DNA from: Azolla caroliniana
Taxonomy: Eukaryota > Plantae > Polypodiophyta
Direction: 5' to 3'
Length of the DNA: 64,000 nucleotides
Assembly: GCA_043228905.1 (NCBI GenBank)
Contig: JBHGNT010000006.1
Span: forward strand, 15,686,001 to 15,750,000
Below are positions 36,801-49,205 of this stretch, piece after piece (within the stretch, counting starts at the first letter, position 1; the number at the start of each line of letters is the position of its first letter). The notes under the pieces were generated by a model. The model did no database searches. It was not told where the DNA came from and saw only the letters and a list, made by a program, of their open reading frames with translations. The position numbers and the translations under genes were made by a program.

Positions 36801-39343
36801 AGCCGAATTACGACAAGCTGAGGATCTTCGGATGCGAGGCGTACGCCCTTATTCCGAAAGATGATCGCCGCAAACTTGCACCTCGGTCCAGGAAATGCAT
36901 TTTCCTCGGATATGGATCCGACGGCGAAATGGGATACCGACTCTGGGATCCCGAACGCAGACAAATCATCCGAAGTTCGGACGTTGTGTTCAACGAGTCG
37001 GCTATGAATCCATCAGTCGAAAAACCGATCGAAGTCCGAAGGGTAACATTTTCCGATGTGCCGACCCTTCAAGAAGGCCCCGCTCTCAACACACGGTCAG
37101 CTTCACGGGTAGCTGAACCTTACACTACCGACTCGGACAACTCCGACTCGGCACAGCAGAACAATCCGCTTTCGGACCATCCGACCTTGATACCCGATGC
37201 GACCAGTCCAATCTTACCTCGACGATCCGAGAGACTGTCGCAACCTCCGGAGAGGTATTCTCCTGCAATTTTCTTCACCGACGCCGGCGAACCGACGTCT
37301 TACGAAGAAGCATCGACTTCTGTCGATTCAGCCACCTGGCATCTGGCGATGGAGTCGGAAATGCACTCCATTCGGGCAAACAAGACTTGGGATCTGGTAG
37401 AATTACCTAGGAACCGACGTGCTCTTCCTTGCAAGTGGGTTTATCGACTAAAAGAGACGTCTGATTCGACCACCCCAAAGTACAAGGCCAGATTAGTTGC
37501 GAAGGGCTTCCGACAAGAATATGGCGTCGACTTCGACGAGATTTTTTCACCAGTGGTGAAAATGACAACCCTCCGTTTTCTACTCGGCGTAGTGGCAGCC
37601 GACAACTTGGAACTGATTCAGCTAGATGTCAAAACAGCATTCCTCCATGGTGATCTTGAAGAGGAAATTTATATGGAGCAGCCAAAAGGCTTCGTGGCAA
37701 CTGGCCAAGAACATCTAGTCTGCCGACTCAGGAAGAGTCTATACGGCCTCAAACAGGCACCGCGACAATGGTACAAGAAGTTCGACGACTTCATCCAATC
37801 GATCGGCTTCTCAAAAAGCGATGAGGACCATTGTCTCTTTACCAACACAGCTCAAGATGGATCACCCATCTTCCTCATCATTTACGTGGACGACATGCTA
37901 ATTTCTGGACGCCACGCGGGCGAACTTGCCGATCTCATTCGGCAACTGCGGTTGAAGTTTGCCATGAAGGACCTCGGTCCGGCACGACACATCCTTGGCA
38001 TGAAGATTAGTCGGCATCGCGATAAACGACATCTTTTTTTGTCCCAGACCGACTATATCCGACGTGTCTTAGAACGCTTCAACATGCAATCAGCCAAATC
38101 TGCTTCAACCCCGCTCCCCATGAATCTTCGGCTCTCTCAGCGAGACTGCCCGACATCCGGCCCGGAGGGGGAAGATATGAAGTCGGTACCGTATGCACCG
38201 GCAGTCGGCTCCCTTATGTACCTGATGGTCGCGACACGGCCTGATATCTCTCATGCCGTAGGAGTCGTCAGCAGATTTATGCACAATCCTGGCCGATCGC
38301 ATTGGAACGCAGTCAAGCATGTGTTCAGATATCTGGCTGGCACAAAAGACCACGGCATTCTTTTCGGCCCGAACCGAACCTCAGGCGTAGTCGGTTACAC
38401 CGACTCGGACTTCGCCGGCTGTATAGACAGTCGGAAATCAACAACCGGATACTGCTTCAAATTCGGCAATGGAGCAATTTCGTGGAAGTCGAAACTTCAG
38501 GAGTGCACAGCGACCTCAACGACCGAAGCAGAATATGTAGCTGCGTCCGACGCAGCAAAAGAAGCTTTGTGGCTCGGTCGGCTGGCGCACACGTTTCGAC
38601 AAGTCGACCATGACTCGGCTCCAGTTGTCTACAGCGACAGTCAAGGTGCTGTTGCCTTGTCGAAAAATCCGGTTCACCACAACGCCTCCAAACATATCGA
38701 CGTTCGATATCACTTCGTTCGGGACTGCGTCATTTCAGGGAAAATCGGTCTAGAGAAAATATCCACAACCAACAATGTCGCAGATGGAATGACCAAGTGT
38801 CTTTCGGCAGACCGTTTTCGGTCTCTTCGGCATCAGATGGGCGTAACGACAAACCAGTCCGGTTAGAGCCGGACACAGAGCAGGATGGTTCCCGACAACC
38901 GACATCAGTTCCTTAATGATCGGCTTCAACTGTTCCGACCCGACCAGTTCGGTCTTCTGCCTTCGGACCCTGCCGACTCGAACAAAGCTGATATGTCCGA
39001 GAACCTAAGTCTATACCTGTAATCTTAGATAACCCATGTATACGCCCATTACGGGGGAGTGTCGAATACATGTGTATAATGGACGTATTCACATTATCCC
39101 GTTTCGGCCATTTATGTAATTAGCATAAAGGGTAGTTGCCCTAAGTCGGTCACTATATATAGTGACCTTGTAACCTTTTTTGTGAGGTTGGATGTTGTAT
39201 TATTGTTCTATTGAATAGAAAGTCTTTTGTGTCTCTCTCTCTCTCTCTCTCTCTGTGCAACGACCTAGAAACAGCCATACGCAGGTACAGACAAGAAACG
39301 AATGCTTCTTGATCTTCCGCATCACACGGCCTTGTCTCTAACA
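33888..39343 (+). mobile_element. Complete young Ty1/Copia retrotransposon; 284-bp LTRs 33888-34171 and 39060-39343; TSD CGCAC
   Basis: TSD at 33883-33887 and 39344-39348; PBS TGGTATCAGAGCC 34174-34186; PPT gggggag 39053-39059. By eye the LTRs differ only at the (GT)/(CT) microsatellite edge. Confidence 0.97.
34853..38866 (+). CDS. gag-pol: Intact Copia gag-pol polyprotein (Tnt1/Tork-like)
   Basis: CNYCKKPGHIKADC, WLLDSGAS, LWHRRLGH, VHSDVCGP, RTDNGGEF, QLDVKTAFLHG, YVDDML, YTDSDFAG, STTEAEY. Confidence 0.96.
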   Translation: MASTSGSSEMSLRKFDGSNFNFWKEQMQDYLIVKGQIDPIENEEPPEGYKPIEWQKLDRIVRATIRMHLSESVYFTVQSCTTAFELWKTLSDTYEKKVAATKMFLIRRLYNLRMKESDSVQAHLNEYESISSQISSQGTTIEDELRAMILMSSLPSSWETFVTTVCNASTTAVKYSEVTSAILTEAARRKSFAKDSTDDAYVVQGSTDRSNTRGRDSSRPPNNQRRRSQSRDNRICNYCKKPGHIKADCRALKNKNNKKSGRHEEINYVSSSADVLPDDPNILSIENPVGSEVLLTTEESSTWLLDSGASFHVTPHRSQFRQYTIRHSDSVRVGNSQHCDIVGIGTVELNLAGGSTLVLHNVRHVPELSRPLISVGQLDEDGIRAGFSSGGWTLHRGNLLLARGPKIHSLYPLHVTLREGNLFLVDIPVSSLWHRRLGHLSKAGITHLSRAGYIPKLSFSDHQFCEHCQYGKQAAASHPTSAPRETRPLDLVHSDVCGPMPHQSLGGASYFVTFIDDSTRKVWAYPIRTKDRVFSIFTDWLAMVENQTDRKLKCFRTDNGGEFKSEEFVKFCRQRGIRREFTAPHSPEQNGIAERMNRTIQERIVSMLQHSGLSDGFWAEALLTAVHIINMSPSRPLGLQIPQELWIGSKPNYDKLRIFGCEAYALIPKDDRRKLAPRSRKCIFLGYGSDGEMGYRLWDPERRQIIRSSDVVFNESAMNPSVEKPIEVRRVTFSDVPTLQEGPALNTRSASRVAEPYTTDSDNSDSAQQNNPLSDHPTLIPDATSPILPRRSERLSQPPERYSPAIFFTDAGEPTSYEEASTSVDSATWHLAMESEMHSIRANKTWDLVELPRNRRALPCKWVYRLKETSDSTTPKYKARLVAKGFRQEYGVDFDEIFSPVVKMTTLRFLLGVVAADNLELIQLDVKTAFLHGDLEEEIYMEQPKGFVATGQEHLVCRLRKSLYGLKQAPRQWYKKFDDFIQSIGFSKSDEDHCLFTNTAQDGSPIFLIIYVDDMLISGRHAGELADLIRQLRLKFAMKDLGPARHILGMKISRHRDKRHLFLSQTDYIRRVLERFNMQSAKSASTPLPMNLRLSQRDCPTSGPEGEDMKSVPYAPAVGSLMYLMVATRPDISHAVGVVSRFMHNPGRSHWNAVKHVFRYLAGTKDHGILFGPNRTSGVVGYTDSDFAGCIDSRKSTTGYCFKFGNGAISWKSKLQECTATSTTEAEYVAASDAAKEALWLGRLAHTFRQVDHDSAPVVYSDSQGAVALSKNPVHHNASKHIDVRYHFVRDCVISGKIGLEKISTTNNVADGMTKCLSADRFRSLRHQMGVTTNQSG

Positions 39344-40407
39344 CGCACCTTAAGGAAATACCATACTCAAGCCCAAATCGGTTGAATGTGGATACCATAG
39401 TATGGGCTACGATATCGTCGGTGGTTCTATGGAATATTTGGATAGGTCGATGCCAAAATGTGTTTCAGCAAATAAAGCAAAATCTTGTTCATTATGTGAA
39501 GGAAATTTGGTCGATGCTTATCTCAATTCTGAAAGGTCAATATTACTCCTTCACAGGTAATGAAGATATGATTTGTTTGAAACAACAATCCTTTAAAGGC
39601 AAATGGAAGGATTTGTTAGTTTTTTGGAGAGAAATGACGAAATGGAATGGAAATACATACCCCGGCGATGGTTGTTCCCTCCATATGTGGAGGTTGGTTC
39701 AAATTAGGACATAATGGGGGATATCTTACCCGCCACTTAATTGTATCATTATAGGCTTGTATTTGCTTATCGCATTGGTAATGGAAACTGTGGTGTAGTT
39801 ATAAATAAATAAATAAAAAGGTTCACTATCTTACGTTGTCCACAGTTATATACATACGAGAATCGGTCAAACTATAAATTATAACTCATTTTATTAGCAT
39901 GGATACAATTACACCTCATATTTTTGCAAAACTTACCAAACAAATATAAGTCTTCATTTGAGTGTTTGCCATGTCGCACATAAGTGTGATATTGAGCCAT
40001 TGTTGAACTTTATTATAATGACATTAACATATCAACACATCCAAAGTGAAGTGAATTTCACATGTTCTCCACTCAGAGATCTATCATGTTTTATTAATTT
40101 TACAAATTCTAGAATCAAGTTGTGGAACATGTGATACTAGTGCACCCAATTTTTGTAGAGGGTATATTTTGATATTTACAAAAGGAATCTACATGTGGAA
40201 TGCGTGAGCCTTCCACTTGTGAACACAAACGTGTTAAATAATACACTTGCCTATTCACCAAGAACCTAGAATTACAATAACTGTTCTATTCTATTTTTTC
40301 TTCAGATTCGCAGAAATCATTATTTCAACTACTTCCTTTCACACTAGTCTTGTACTCTTCCTACTTTGACTCCGACTCTGACTAGTATCCTTCAGCTAGC
40401 TAGCCAA

Positions 40408-40460
40408 CTAACACATGGCACGCCTGTGGGACAATGCCTTGCACAGCCGAACCCCAAAAC
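40408..40460 (+). mobile_element. LTR 3' end (..CTAACA, 40413) with tRNA-Arg PBS (40416-40432) and leader of a Gypsy related to the 23447 family
   Basis: tggcacgcctgtgggacaatgccttgcaca resembles 25686 tggcacgcccatgggacagtgctttgcaca. Confidence 0.55.
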
Positions 40461-42172
40461 TCAATGGTGGTCATTTTCTTCATTGTTCCCTAGCTTTCTA
40501 TTCATCGGCGGTCGGGTTGTCATTATCATTGTGTTGATTCCCCTCTTCAGCTTTGTTTTGGTCTTCTTCCTCGAGCTGATCTTTGTCCTTGTCTTCATTC
40601 AGGATGTCTAACAAACTGGGTTCCACGTCTTCTTAATCATTAGTGTTGTTCGAAGTTGGCTGATCTTTTGGTTTCTATGTTTCCTCAGTTTGGAGAGTCG
40701 ACTCGGCCTCTCTCTCTTGATCTAGGTTTTCTGGCCGCGACTTCTCCGACTCTATTCCCTCGCTGATTCGTTTAGTTTGGCCTGACTCCTGCTCTGTTGT
40801 GTCATGGTCAAACTTTGACTCTTAATCTAGTTGCTCCGTTACCTCATCCTCAGGCTTTGTTGCTTCTTGTTGCCTCTCTTGTTGGCGGCGTTCCTTTTCA
40901 TAGGAGTCGAGTTCTAGAGTGAGTGTAATCTGATGGTCATCATATTCTTATAGCAACATGCTAATTTCCTCCTTGTAGTGCGTCATTAGTTCTTAGATAT
41001 CTCTGGCCAGCTCATCTCGCGCTATGGTGATGCTCACCCCATCCATCTTGAAGAATCCTTGACCTTGCTTTTTCCTATTCTCGTGGTCGGCCCATAATAA
41101 TTGTAATTCCGCCACTTGAGCCGACCACTGCGTCCAACCCTCATCCAAAGCCTTTGTGATGACCTGATGCAGTTTTTGCTTGTGTCTATTTAAGATGGCA
41201 TGTACCTTTTCTTCTTCATTTCTGAGTTGATACTTTAAAGCACTGATTTCATTTTTTAGCTCTTCTTGTCGACCGACCACAAAGTCATGCTCAAACATTG
41301 CTTTTCTTCCACGATGAGTGCTTTTGTTCATACTTATTGGTGAGTTGTTTGTACCATTGATTCATGTCCTATTTTTCAGCTTCGAATGTAGCTATCTAAT
41401 TCTTATTTACTTCTTGGACCTGTGTTTTAAGACCTGCTTGGAGGTCATCAATTATTCGTTGCTTCTTGTTAAAATGTATTTTAATTCGTGTAAGCTGATT
41501 ATTGAGTTGAGCTATTTCCTCTTGTTGGGATTGAAGGGTGTCTTGGAGTTTGGTGTGGAACTTTCCCATCTGATCATGTGCCTTCCAAAGTCGGTCCCGG
41601 ATGTTGGACTTCGGTGTCCGCTTGTTCTATTAATTTATTGGCACGTTTGATTATACCATCTTGTTGAGTGAGCAAGCTCAACTTGGGCCAATCAACTGAA
41701 GCAGCCGAGAACTAGATCGGATGGAGACTGATTGGTTAGGTTGGATTGGCGGGAGCCAGAAGGCCGTTAGGAACGATATTCCTCGTAGGAATAATTTTGG
41801 GAGTTAGTGTCAGTAGCTCATTTATGAGCATTGAAGTACTTTTCAGTATTTCTATTAGTGCTTTTGAGGACTTGTATAAATAGTGCTCACTAAGCACATT
41901 GTATGTACTGAGTCTTTCGATAATAGAATTTTTTGTGGTCTGCTCAATCAATCTCTCAATCTCTCTCTCATACTATGTATCTCCATTCTCTGCGTATAGC
42001 TAATTGCTGTATTTCCGGATAACCGACTGTACTTTGTGTCTTCCACATACACTTCCACACATATTCTTTCACATGGTAGCAGAGCGCGAGGGTTAGAAGA
42101 ATCCTCTTCTTCCGCCAAAGCGAACAACACTGACACGAAGATTTTTCTCCCGAACATCAGGAAGTTAAACAT
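40460..42172 (-). pseudogene. Degenerate charged/coiled-coil ORF of unknown function, possibly a retroelement accessory ORF
   Basis: Fragments 40993-41331, 41736-41951 and 41948-42172 are E/K/Q-rich; no family motif recognised. Confidence 0.3.
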
Positions 42173-42374
42173 TAAAATGTTTTAGTTATATAAATGAGCA
42201 CCATAAATGTACAACATAAATGTGCACCATAAATTATATACCAAATTCCTAGGTCCATTATGTATGATCCATTGCCACATCACGTTGGCCATCACTTTGT
42301 GACTATTCAGGCTTAGATTACTACCACAATTTGCTCCTATTGAGTTCACTCCTCCATTTTCGCCATTGAGAAAG

Positions 42375-43990
42375 GTATAGGAAGCTCACTTCTGACAGAA
42401 AAGCTTGATAGGAGCAACTACGCATCTTGGAAATACAAGATGCACCAGTACTTGCTCAGAGACGGATACTAGAGCTACGTTGCATGAGTGAATGATGCAA
42501 CACTGGATACGACACATAAGGACTTTTCGGCCTAGGAGCAGGAGGCAAGGAGAGTAATGTATTGTTTTGCATCTAGTGTCGGAGATCAGCTACTCATCTA
42601 CATATAGGATGCCAAGACGCCAAAAGATGCATGGGCAAATCTCAATAGGATTTTTGTCGCCAGCACCACAGCCGGGAAGCTGCAGTTCGGGCAAGAGCTC
42701 AGCAATGTCCAGCAGATAAATCTGTCTGTGTCCGATTACACAGCTTAGATCAAGGAGATCTACGACTCTATCGTCTCCATCAACGTGATCCTCGAGGAGG
42801 ATGAAATGGTGCAGGTTTGTCTCGGAGGGCCATTATCTAAGTTCGGATCATTCTGAATGGCAGTCTGCACGAGAGAGAATATATTACCATTCTTCGAGCT
42901 ACAATCAATGTTGCTCGTTGAAGAAAACCACACGCGTGCATCGACGAGCACACAAGCCGACAACAAGATGATAAACAACGAGAAAAATAGGCCCCGTGGT
43001 TGTGGTGGATGGGGCGAGTTGGCACACAATGGACGTAGCCTACAGGAAGAGAACCATAGGCATAAGGTCCCATGGATGTGGTGGACGAGGCGAGTCGGCA
43101 CACAATGGAGGCAGGCTATATGAGTAGAACTATAGGCATAATAGGATTGCCCACAATAGTTCTGTTCCTCCACGAGCAGGGGGAGTCAAGGTGGTGTTGG
43201 AAGTCGACAAGGAAAGGCCACAATGGACTCCTGGTATAAGGCCTTCATCATGAAGCACAAAGCCAACTGGATGGCAGTGGACACCTTGAAGTTGAACAAG
43301 GTGTGGTACGTGGATTCTGGAGCATTGAACGATATGAAGAATCACAAGGAGTGGTTCTCAACGCTAGAGAATCTGGAATAGTTGGGGGTTGTCGAAACTG
43401 GCGTTGACACCCCACAACTCATCGAACATATCGGAGATGTCCCTCTGAGGCATGTTCATCAAAGAGGAATCAAGAGAAATGTCTTGCATGTGTCGACAAT
43501 CACCAAGAACTTGGTGTCAGTTGAACAAATTGTCAACCAAGGAATGCAACTTCGATTCACTCACCTCGGGTGCTTCATACAGGAAGAACGTCGGATTATT
43601 GTGCAAGGGCACCAAGAAGTGAGGATGTTTATCCTCAAGATGAATGATGTTGGTGTAGCTATGTACATTAAAGGGCAAAAGGTCGAGTCGGACATCGACT
43701 TGTGGCACAAGAGATTTGGCCACGTCAACTTCCCACGGCTTCGTTTTTGGCTTGCCAAAATTCAGTGGCTGAAAGGGCCAAGTCCGTGAACCGTGTTAGT
43801 TAGGGAAGCATCACCGACTTCCATTCCCCAATGAGTGAAGTCAGAGTCGTAACACCCTCGATTTGATCCATTCGTATGTGTGGGAACTGGCACAAAATGT
43901 GAGCATCACAGGAAGTCGTTACATTCTAACCTTGATCGATGACTACACTCGGCACACTTGGGCGTGCTTGATCGATGGCAGAAAAGAGTA
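42375..43990 (+). pseudogene. Degenerate Copia gag-protease-start of integrase
   Basis: EKLDRSNYASWKYKM, WYVDSGA, KNLVSV, DLWHKRFGHVNF, LDLIHS.VW, LTLIDDYTR. Confidence 0.8.
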
Positions 43991-46121
43991 TGTTGATCTA
44001 ATATGTCCGGAAATGTATGTATGAGAATCTGTTGTAGTGTTCAACAAACAACACAAAAGGAAGGCAAGAGAATAAACAAAGAATGGACACGTTCTAAGCT
44101 TTAAGGGAAGCTTTGATATATTACGTTCTTTCTCACTCTCACTCTCACTCAAAGATCGATATACAAGATGATCAAGAAGTTCTCTCTCTTTTACACCATT
44201 AGGTTATTGCTTATATACTAAGCCCTAACTCTTTTGGACGAGTTCACACTAGGATACAAATTGGTAGGAGTCGGCCTTTATGCCAACAAACTCCCCCATA
44301 AAAGGACTACTCTCTCCTGCATGTACAAGTGTTTTGGGTTATCTCCCCCATAAACCTAGATTACAAAATTAATCTAAATTTATATTTACAAGTCAATCCG
44401 CATGTGGCTGAGTTGATAGAGATGTGTTCAATGTCTAGTCTAGTTCTTCTAGTAAGTCAAATTGACTTGTCCGAGTCGATCGGTTTGACTTACCTTCTGG
44501 TGCTCGTTCGACCTTCTTCTGCTCGATCGCTTGTCGCAGTCCCATCTTTCTCCTTAGTGCTCCAAAGCATTGATCTGGGAGTGGCTTTGTTAGGCAATCG
44601 TCGATGTTCACCTCGATGTCGATCTTCTAGACTTCAAGCTTTTTCTCGATTATGAGCTCCCAAATGTGATGATACTACACCTCAATATGCTTTGTCTTTG
44701 ATTGGTAGAAAAGATTGTTCATGAGGTGTATAATGCTCTATGAGGTGCAATAAATGGTTGGCGATGGTTGGTCGTTTTGGCTTGTAGCTAAGAATTCAGT
44801 AATCAATCGGTGCAACCAAATCACTTCTTTTGTTGCGGTGCCCTTCGATGTTGCTATGTACTCGGCCTCTGTGGTCGATAGGTCCGTGCAATCTTAAAGA
44901 TTTGACCTCCATGATATAGCACCACCACCATAGGTTTAAATATAGCCTGATGTTAACTTCTGATTGTCTGTATTGTTGGCATAGTCGGAGACAGTGTAGC
45001 CTTTGACTTCTGTAGAGGTTTTCAAACCGAAATTTAGTTGTGTATCTTCGGTCCCTCTTAGGTACCTGAAGATGTGCTCGGCGACCTTCCAATGCTTCCG
45101 TCTTGGGTTTGACATGTACCAGTTAACCACCCCTACGACATAGGCTAGGTCGGGTCGGGTCGTCACCATTGTGTACATGATACTTCCTACAACCGCTGCA
45201 TAGTGCATCTTTCCATTAACCTCTCTCTCCTTTTGCGTCGAAGGAGAGTCTCTGTCTGATAGTCGAATTGACGTCAGAAGTAGTGTTGGTGTTAGCTTCC
45301 AATTTTCCATGTTGAAGCACTTCAACACCTTTCGGATATAGTCGGACTAGGAGAGCTAGAGACTCTTGGTCGTCTAATTTCACTCGATCCTCATGCCCAG
45401 TATGTGAGGGGCTTGTTTGAGTTCCTTCATCGCAAACTTGTCATGAAAGCTCCGCTTCAGCTTTCCGATCTTTGCTTGATTGCTTCCTTCAATCAGCATA
45501 TCATCGACATATAGGATCAGATAAATCCTAGACTCGTCGGCCAATTGCCGAATGTACATGCATGGGTCGGAATCCAATCGGCGGTATCCAAGCTACCTGA
45601 TGTAGGACTCAAACTTTTGGTACCCCCTAAGCGCTTGTTTCAAGCCATAGAGTCTTTTCTTCTAGCGGTTTAGGGTTTAGAAGAAAATGTCTTCGTCCAG
45701 ATCTCCATGTAGAAACATCGTCTTTACATCTAGCTGTTGTAGCTCTCGGTCTTATGTCGCCACAACTCCTAGTAGGAGTCTGAGGGTGGTCATCTTGACT
45801 ACTGGTGAGAATATCGCATCTTAGTTGACCCCAAGTTCTTGTTTGAACCCTTTCGTGACAAGTCAAGCTTTGTACTTGGGTTTCTCTGAGTTAGATACAT
45901 ATTTGTTTTGGAAAACCCATTTGCAATGTAGTGGCTTTCTTCCAGCTAGTTGTTCGACCAGCTCCCATGTCTGATTCCTTCGAATCAAGTCCATCTTGAA
46001 TTGCATGGCTTGTAGCCATGTATTGCCGTCTGGTGCGGCTATAGCTTCTTCATAAGTGCTTGGTTCGCCTACATCCATGTAACTCACGTAGTCGAGCCCC
46101 GATTGATAAAACTGTGTAGGT
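43991..46121 (-). mobile_element. Degenerate Copia 3' half: RT-RNaseH remnants (~44650-46121), PPT 44289-44297, LTR 43991-44288
   Basis: TGTTG...CAACA LTR; gggggagtt PPT on minus; EPSTYEEAI, CKWVF..KYKA, ILYVDDML, TRPDLAYVVG. Confidence 0.8.
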
Positions 46122-47048
46122 TGTTGCCAACCAGAATAGTATTTGACGGACAGAAGCGCAGAAATATTATAATATAGTAAAAGCGTAAGAAACGCATGTA
46201 ACAGTTCACGCGGGAAGCGTGAACAGCTAAAAGACCCTGTGTATATAAAGGGCAAAAATCCTTTGTAAAAGGTAGCGTTGTCGTGAAGAATGTGCTTCAC
46301 GATATAAAAATGAGCTTAAATGTTGTATTTAATAATATTTGAGAGACTTGAACCCACATCCTTATATATGATGTACAATGTACATACCACTAGGCTAGGC
46401 TATTTATTTGTAAAAGTGTGTAATAAATGTGCTTCATGATATAAGAATAAAGCTATATATTGTATTAAGTAAAATTGAGGGACTTGAACCCTCAACCTTG
46501 TATACCAAGCACCAAGCATACACCACTAAGCTAGGTTAGTTATTTTAGAATGTATTTTCATCATTATACTTATCCCATATCTATTTTCATACATAGCCAT
46601 CATTCATCACATGCAATGCATGTGTGCCAAATGGTGATCATGCATTACATGTAACTCATGCATTGCATGCATGCCATGCTCCCATACATTACCATATGCA
46701 TAACAACACTTATATAAAGAGGGGAAATGGAAAACAAGGGAAGGAAGGAGAAGAAAGAGTGAGAAAATAATACAATTAAGTAAAGAAGACTAGCTCATTG
46801 GGTGGAGAACCTCTTGTTTCGAAGTTGAGGTTGTGGGTTCAAATCTAGGGTCGATAGAGAATGTGTTCAGTTTGTGATCAAGGATTGTAAAGTTGGTAAA
46901 ATATTATACTTTTAATATACATTGAATGTTTATATCATTAACTCTTGTTCCTTGAATCATACTTTGTCTCAATCTTCTTTCTAGAATCATACTTTGTCTC
47001 AATCTTCTTTCTTGAATCATACATTGTCTCTATCTTTTATCTATGCTC

Positions 47049-47097
<49 letters not shown>

Positions 47098-49205
47098 GCA
47101 CACATTACTCGTAACTCTTCTTCTTACTATCCTTAACCATTCTATCATCACCATACAAGCCTTATTAAAAGTTAAGTTTCTTCAACTCCCCTTTAACCTT
47201 AGTCCCCGTGATTTCGCCGCACGAACCACAACTACCCCGACACATTTGGTGAACCGGACGTGAAGGCGGCGTCAACGAAAAATGGAGGAGCAAATGAGGC
47301 TTATGTGTACGATGATGGAACGAATGATGCGAGAGCAAGGGATGATGGCAAGCATCGACAAAGCCGTCGACAATATTCTCGCACGAGTAGGAATCTTTGA
47401 AGGTATAAATTTAACAAAATTTCTGAAGATTTACAATGAAGAAATGCTTAAATGTGGTGTCGACGAAGCTGCAAAAATTAATAGCTTTAGTCGAGTCGCT
47501 GCGATTGGGCTACAAGAGAGGATCCAAGAGCTCCAATGGGAGAATCAGACATGGACAACGTTCGAAAGGGCATTACTCAATGAATACAACCTCAACGATA
47601 TGTCAAGGATGACAAGGTGAGCTTTCATGGATTGGATAGAGTCTAATGAACATTTAAGTGTTTTGGAAGTATTACAAGAGTTTTCTGAAAGATTTGAGCA
47701 ACTAAATGTTAGAGATAGAAATATAATAGTGCCAGATAAAGTAATATTGTTTCTACAAGCTACTAATATTAAAGACTAGAGGGACTTGGGAATGCTTTTA
47801 GAATATCAGAATAGTCCAAGTGGACTTACCGAAGATTGGGAGGAGGTGAAAAGGGTGTGCGCTCATTTTTGCAAAAGAAAGTTATGGTTTATGGAGTTGC
47901 CCGACAGAAATGATGAAGAAATGGGGAATGAGTCGAGAGAAAAGAAAGTAGAAGAATCACTCTTACACGAATTGGTGAAAGGCATGAAAGACTTGTCAAT
48001 CAAAGTGACGAAGCTAGAATCGGGACAAAGCTCGACTTCATCAAGGCAGGGAGGTGGAATGGTCCGAAGGTGTATGTGGTGTGATAGTATGGACCACCAG
48101 AAGAAAGATTGTCAAGAGCATAGGGATGCTCTTAATCATAATAAAATCTACTATCAAGATGGCAAGATTCACTCAACAGAGACTCAACAACCACTTCAAC
48201 TCAACTTCGGGCGAGGAGGAATGAAAAAGCTAATGGAAGATGTTGAGAGAGAAACGACTCAAGAGATACAATCCGTGGCAACCTTAGGATTGCGCGTAGA
48301 AGACTCATATGGTGGATCTGGCTTTTGGCAAGATGTGATGGATTATGCAAGAAAAGTGAAGGTTCGAGTGGATGAATTAAAAAGAGCGGGAGGTGAAATA
48401 CGAAACTTGACTGGATGGAATGATCCAGTAGACGCGCTATCAGCATTCGCCCTAGTGAATGCACAAGATGTGCTAGTGGAAGAGAAGCGGAAGAGAGCTG
48501 AGGAAGCTAATCCGACAAAGAGACATGAGACACGAGAACAAAAGAGAAGGGAGATGGAAAAGGGTGCTACTGAGCTAAAGGAAGCTGATAAAGTAAAAGG
48601 AAAGACAGGTCCACCTTTCAAGCTTGCCTCGGACATAGAAACAACGACGGATATAAAAAAGGTACTAGAAACAAGAATATTAAATAGTAAGGTAGAATTT
48701 ACTTTAAGAGAAGTGTTGGGTATAGCAAAGAAAGAATTTCATGAAGTTATCATAAATATTATTAGAAGGAAGAGACAGGTGACGGAGGAAATTACGGGAG
48801 GGTGTGCAACAACACTCCAAGATTTGTATGGTGGCACCATCAATGCTGCAAGTGTTAAAAACCAGAATGATGTTGGCGTTCATGAAGGGGATAGGAGTCA
48901 CTATACAAAGGAACATTGGGCTCGAGCAACAATGGAGGCACCTGCAAAAATTGGGGAGCAGCAAATTCCATGTATTACTTTGATTGATCATGGATCCGAG
49001 ATTAACATGATGTCATCGGAATTTTACGCTCGAGGACAGTGGCCGATCGACAAGAATCATTGGTGGAAAATAAGAGCTGCCATAGAAACTACGGAGGATC
49101 TATTCGGAGCATGTCCTAGTGTGAAGGTAACAATTGGTGATGTCTCGGTGAATCAAAATTTCTTTGTGCAGGATCGATCAACCTACCCCGTCATCCTTGG
49201 TCAGC

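Larger units (their letters stand above)
23200..39818 (+). mobile_element. Degenerate L1-type LINE: ORF1 ~23200-23446 + 28983-29920; ORF2 29913-33887 + 39349-~39715; (TAAA)n/A tail ~39801-39818; interrupted by two LTR elements
   Basis: ORF1 reads ...IIDIQLLGRN|CYYL*FESKEMVQKLL across the insertion (DUF4283-like). ORF2 shows SWNVQGL, LQEHH, NIYAPN, GGDFN, SRLDRIY, WRPITILNTIYKI, LDFEKAY, RQGCPLAP and the zf-RVT segment CSFC. Confidence 0.88.

Noticed and set aside
46341-46853. Functional tRNA genes (also 49559-49619 and the LTR duplicates)
   Set aside because: A and B boxes are present but the acceptor and anticodon stems do not pair properly; treated as tRNA-derived LTR modules.
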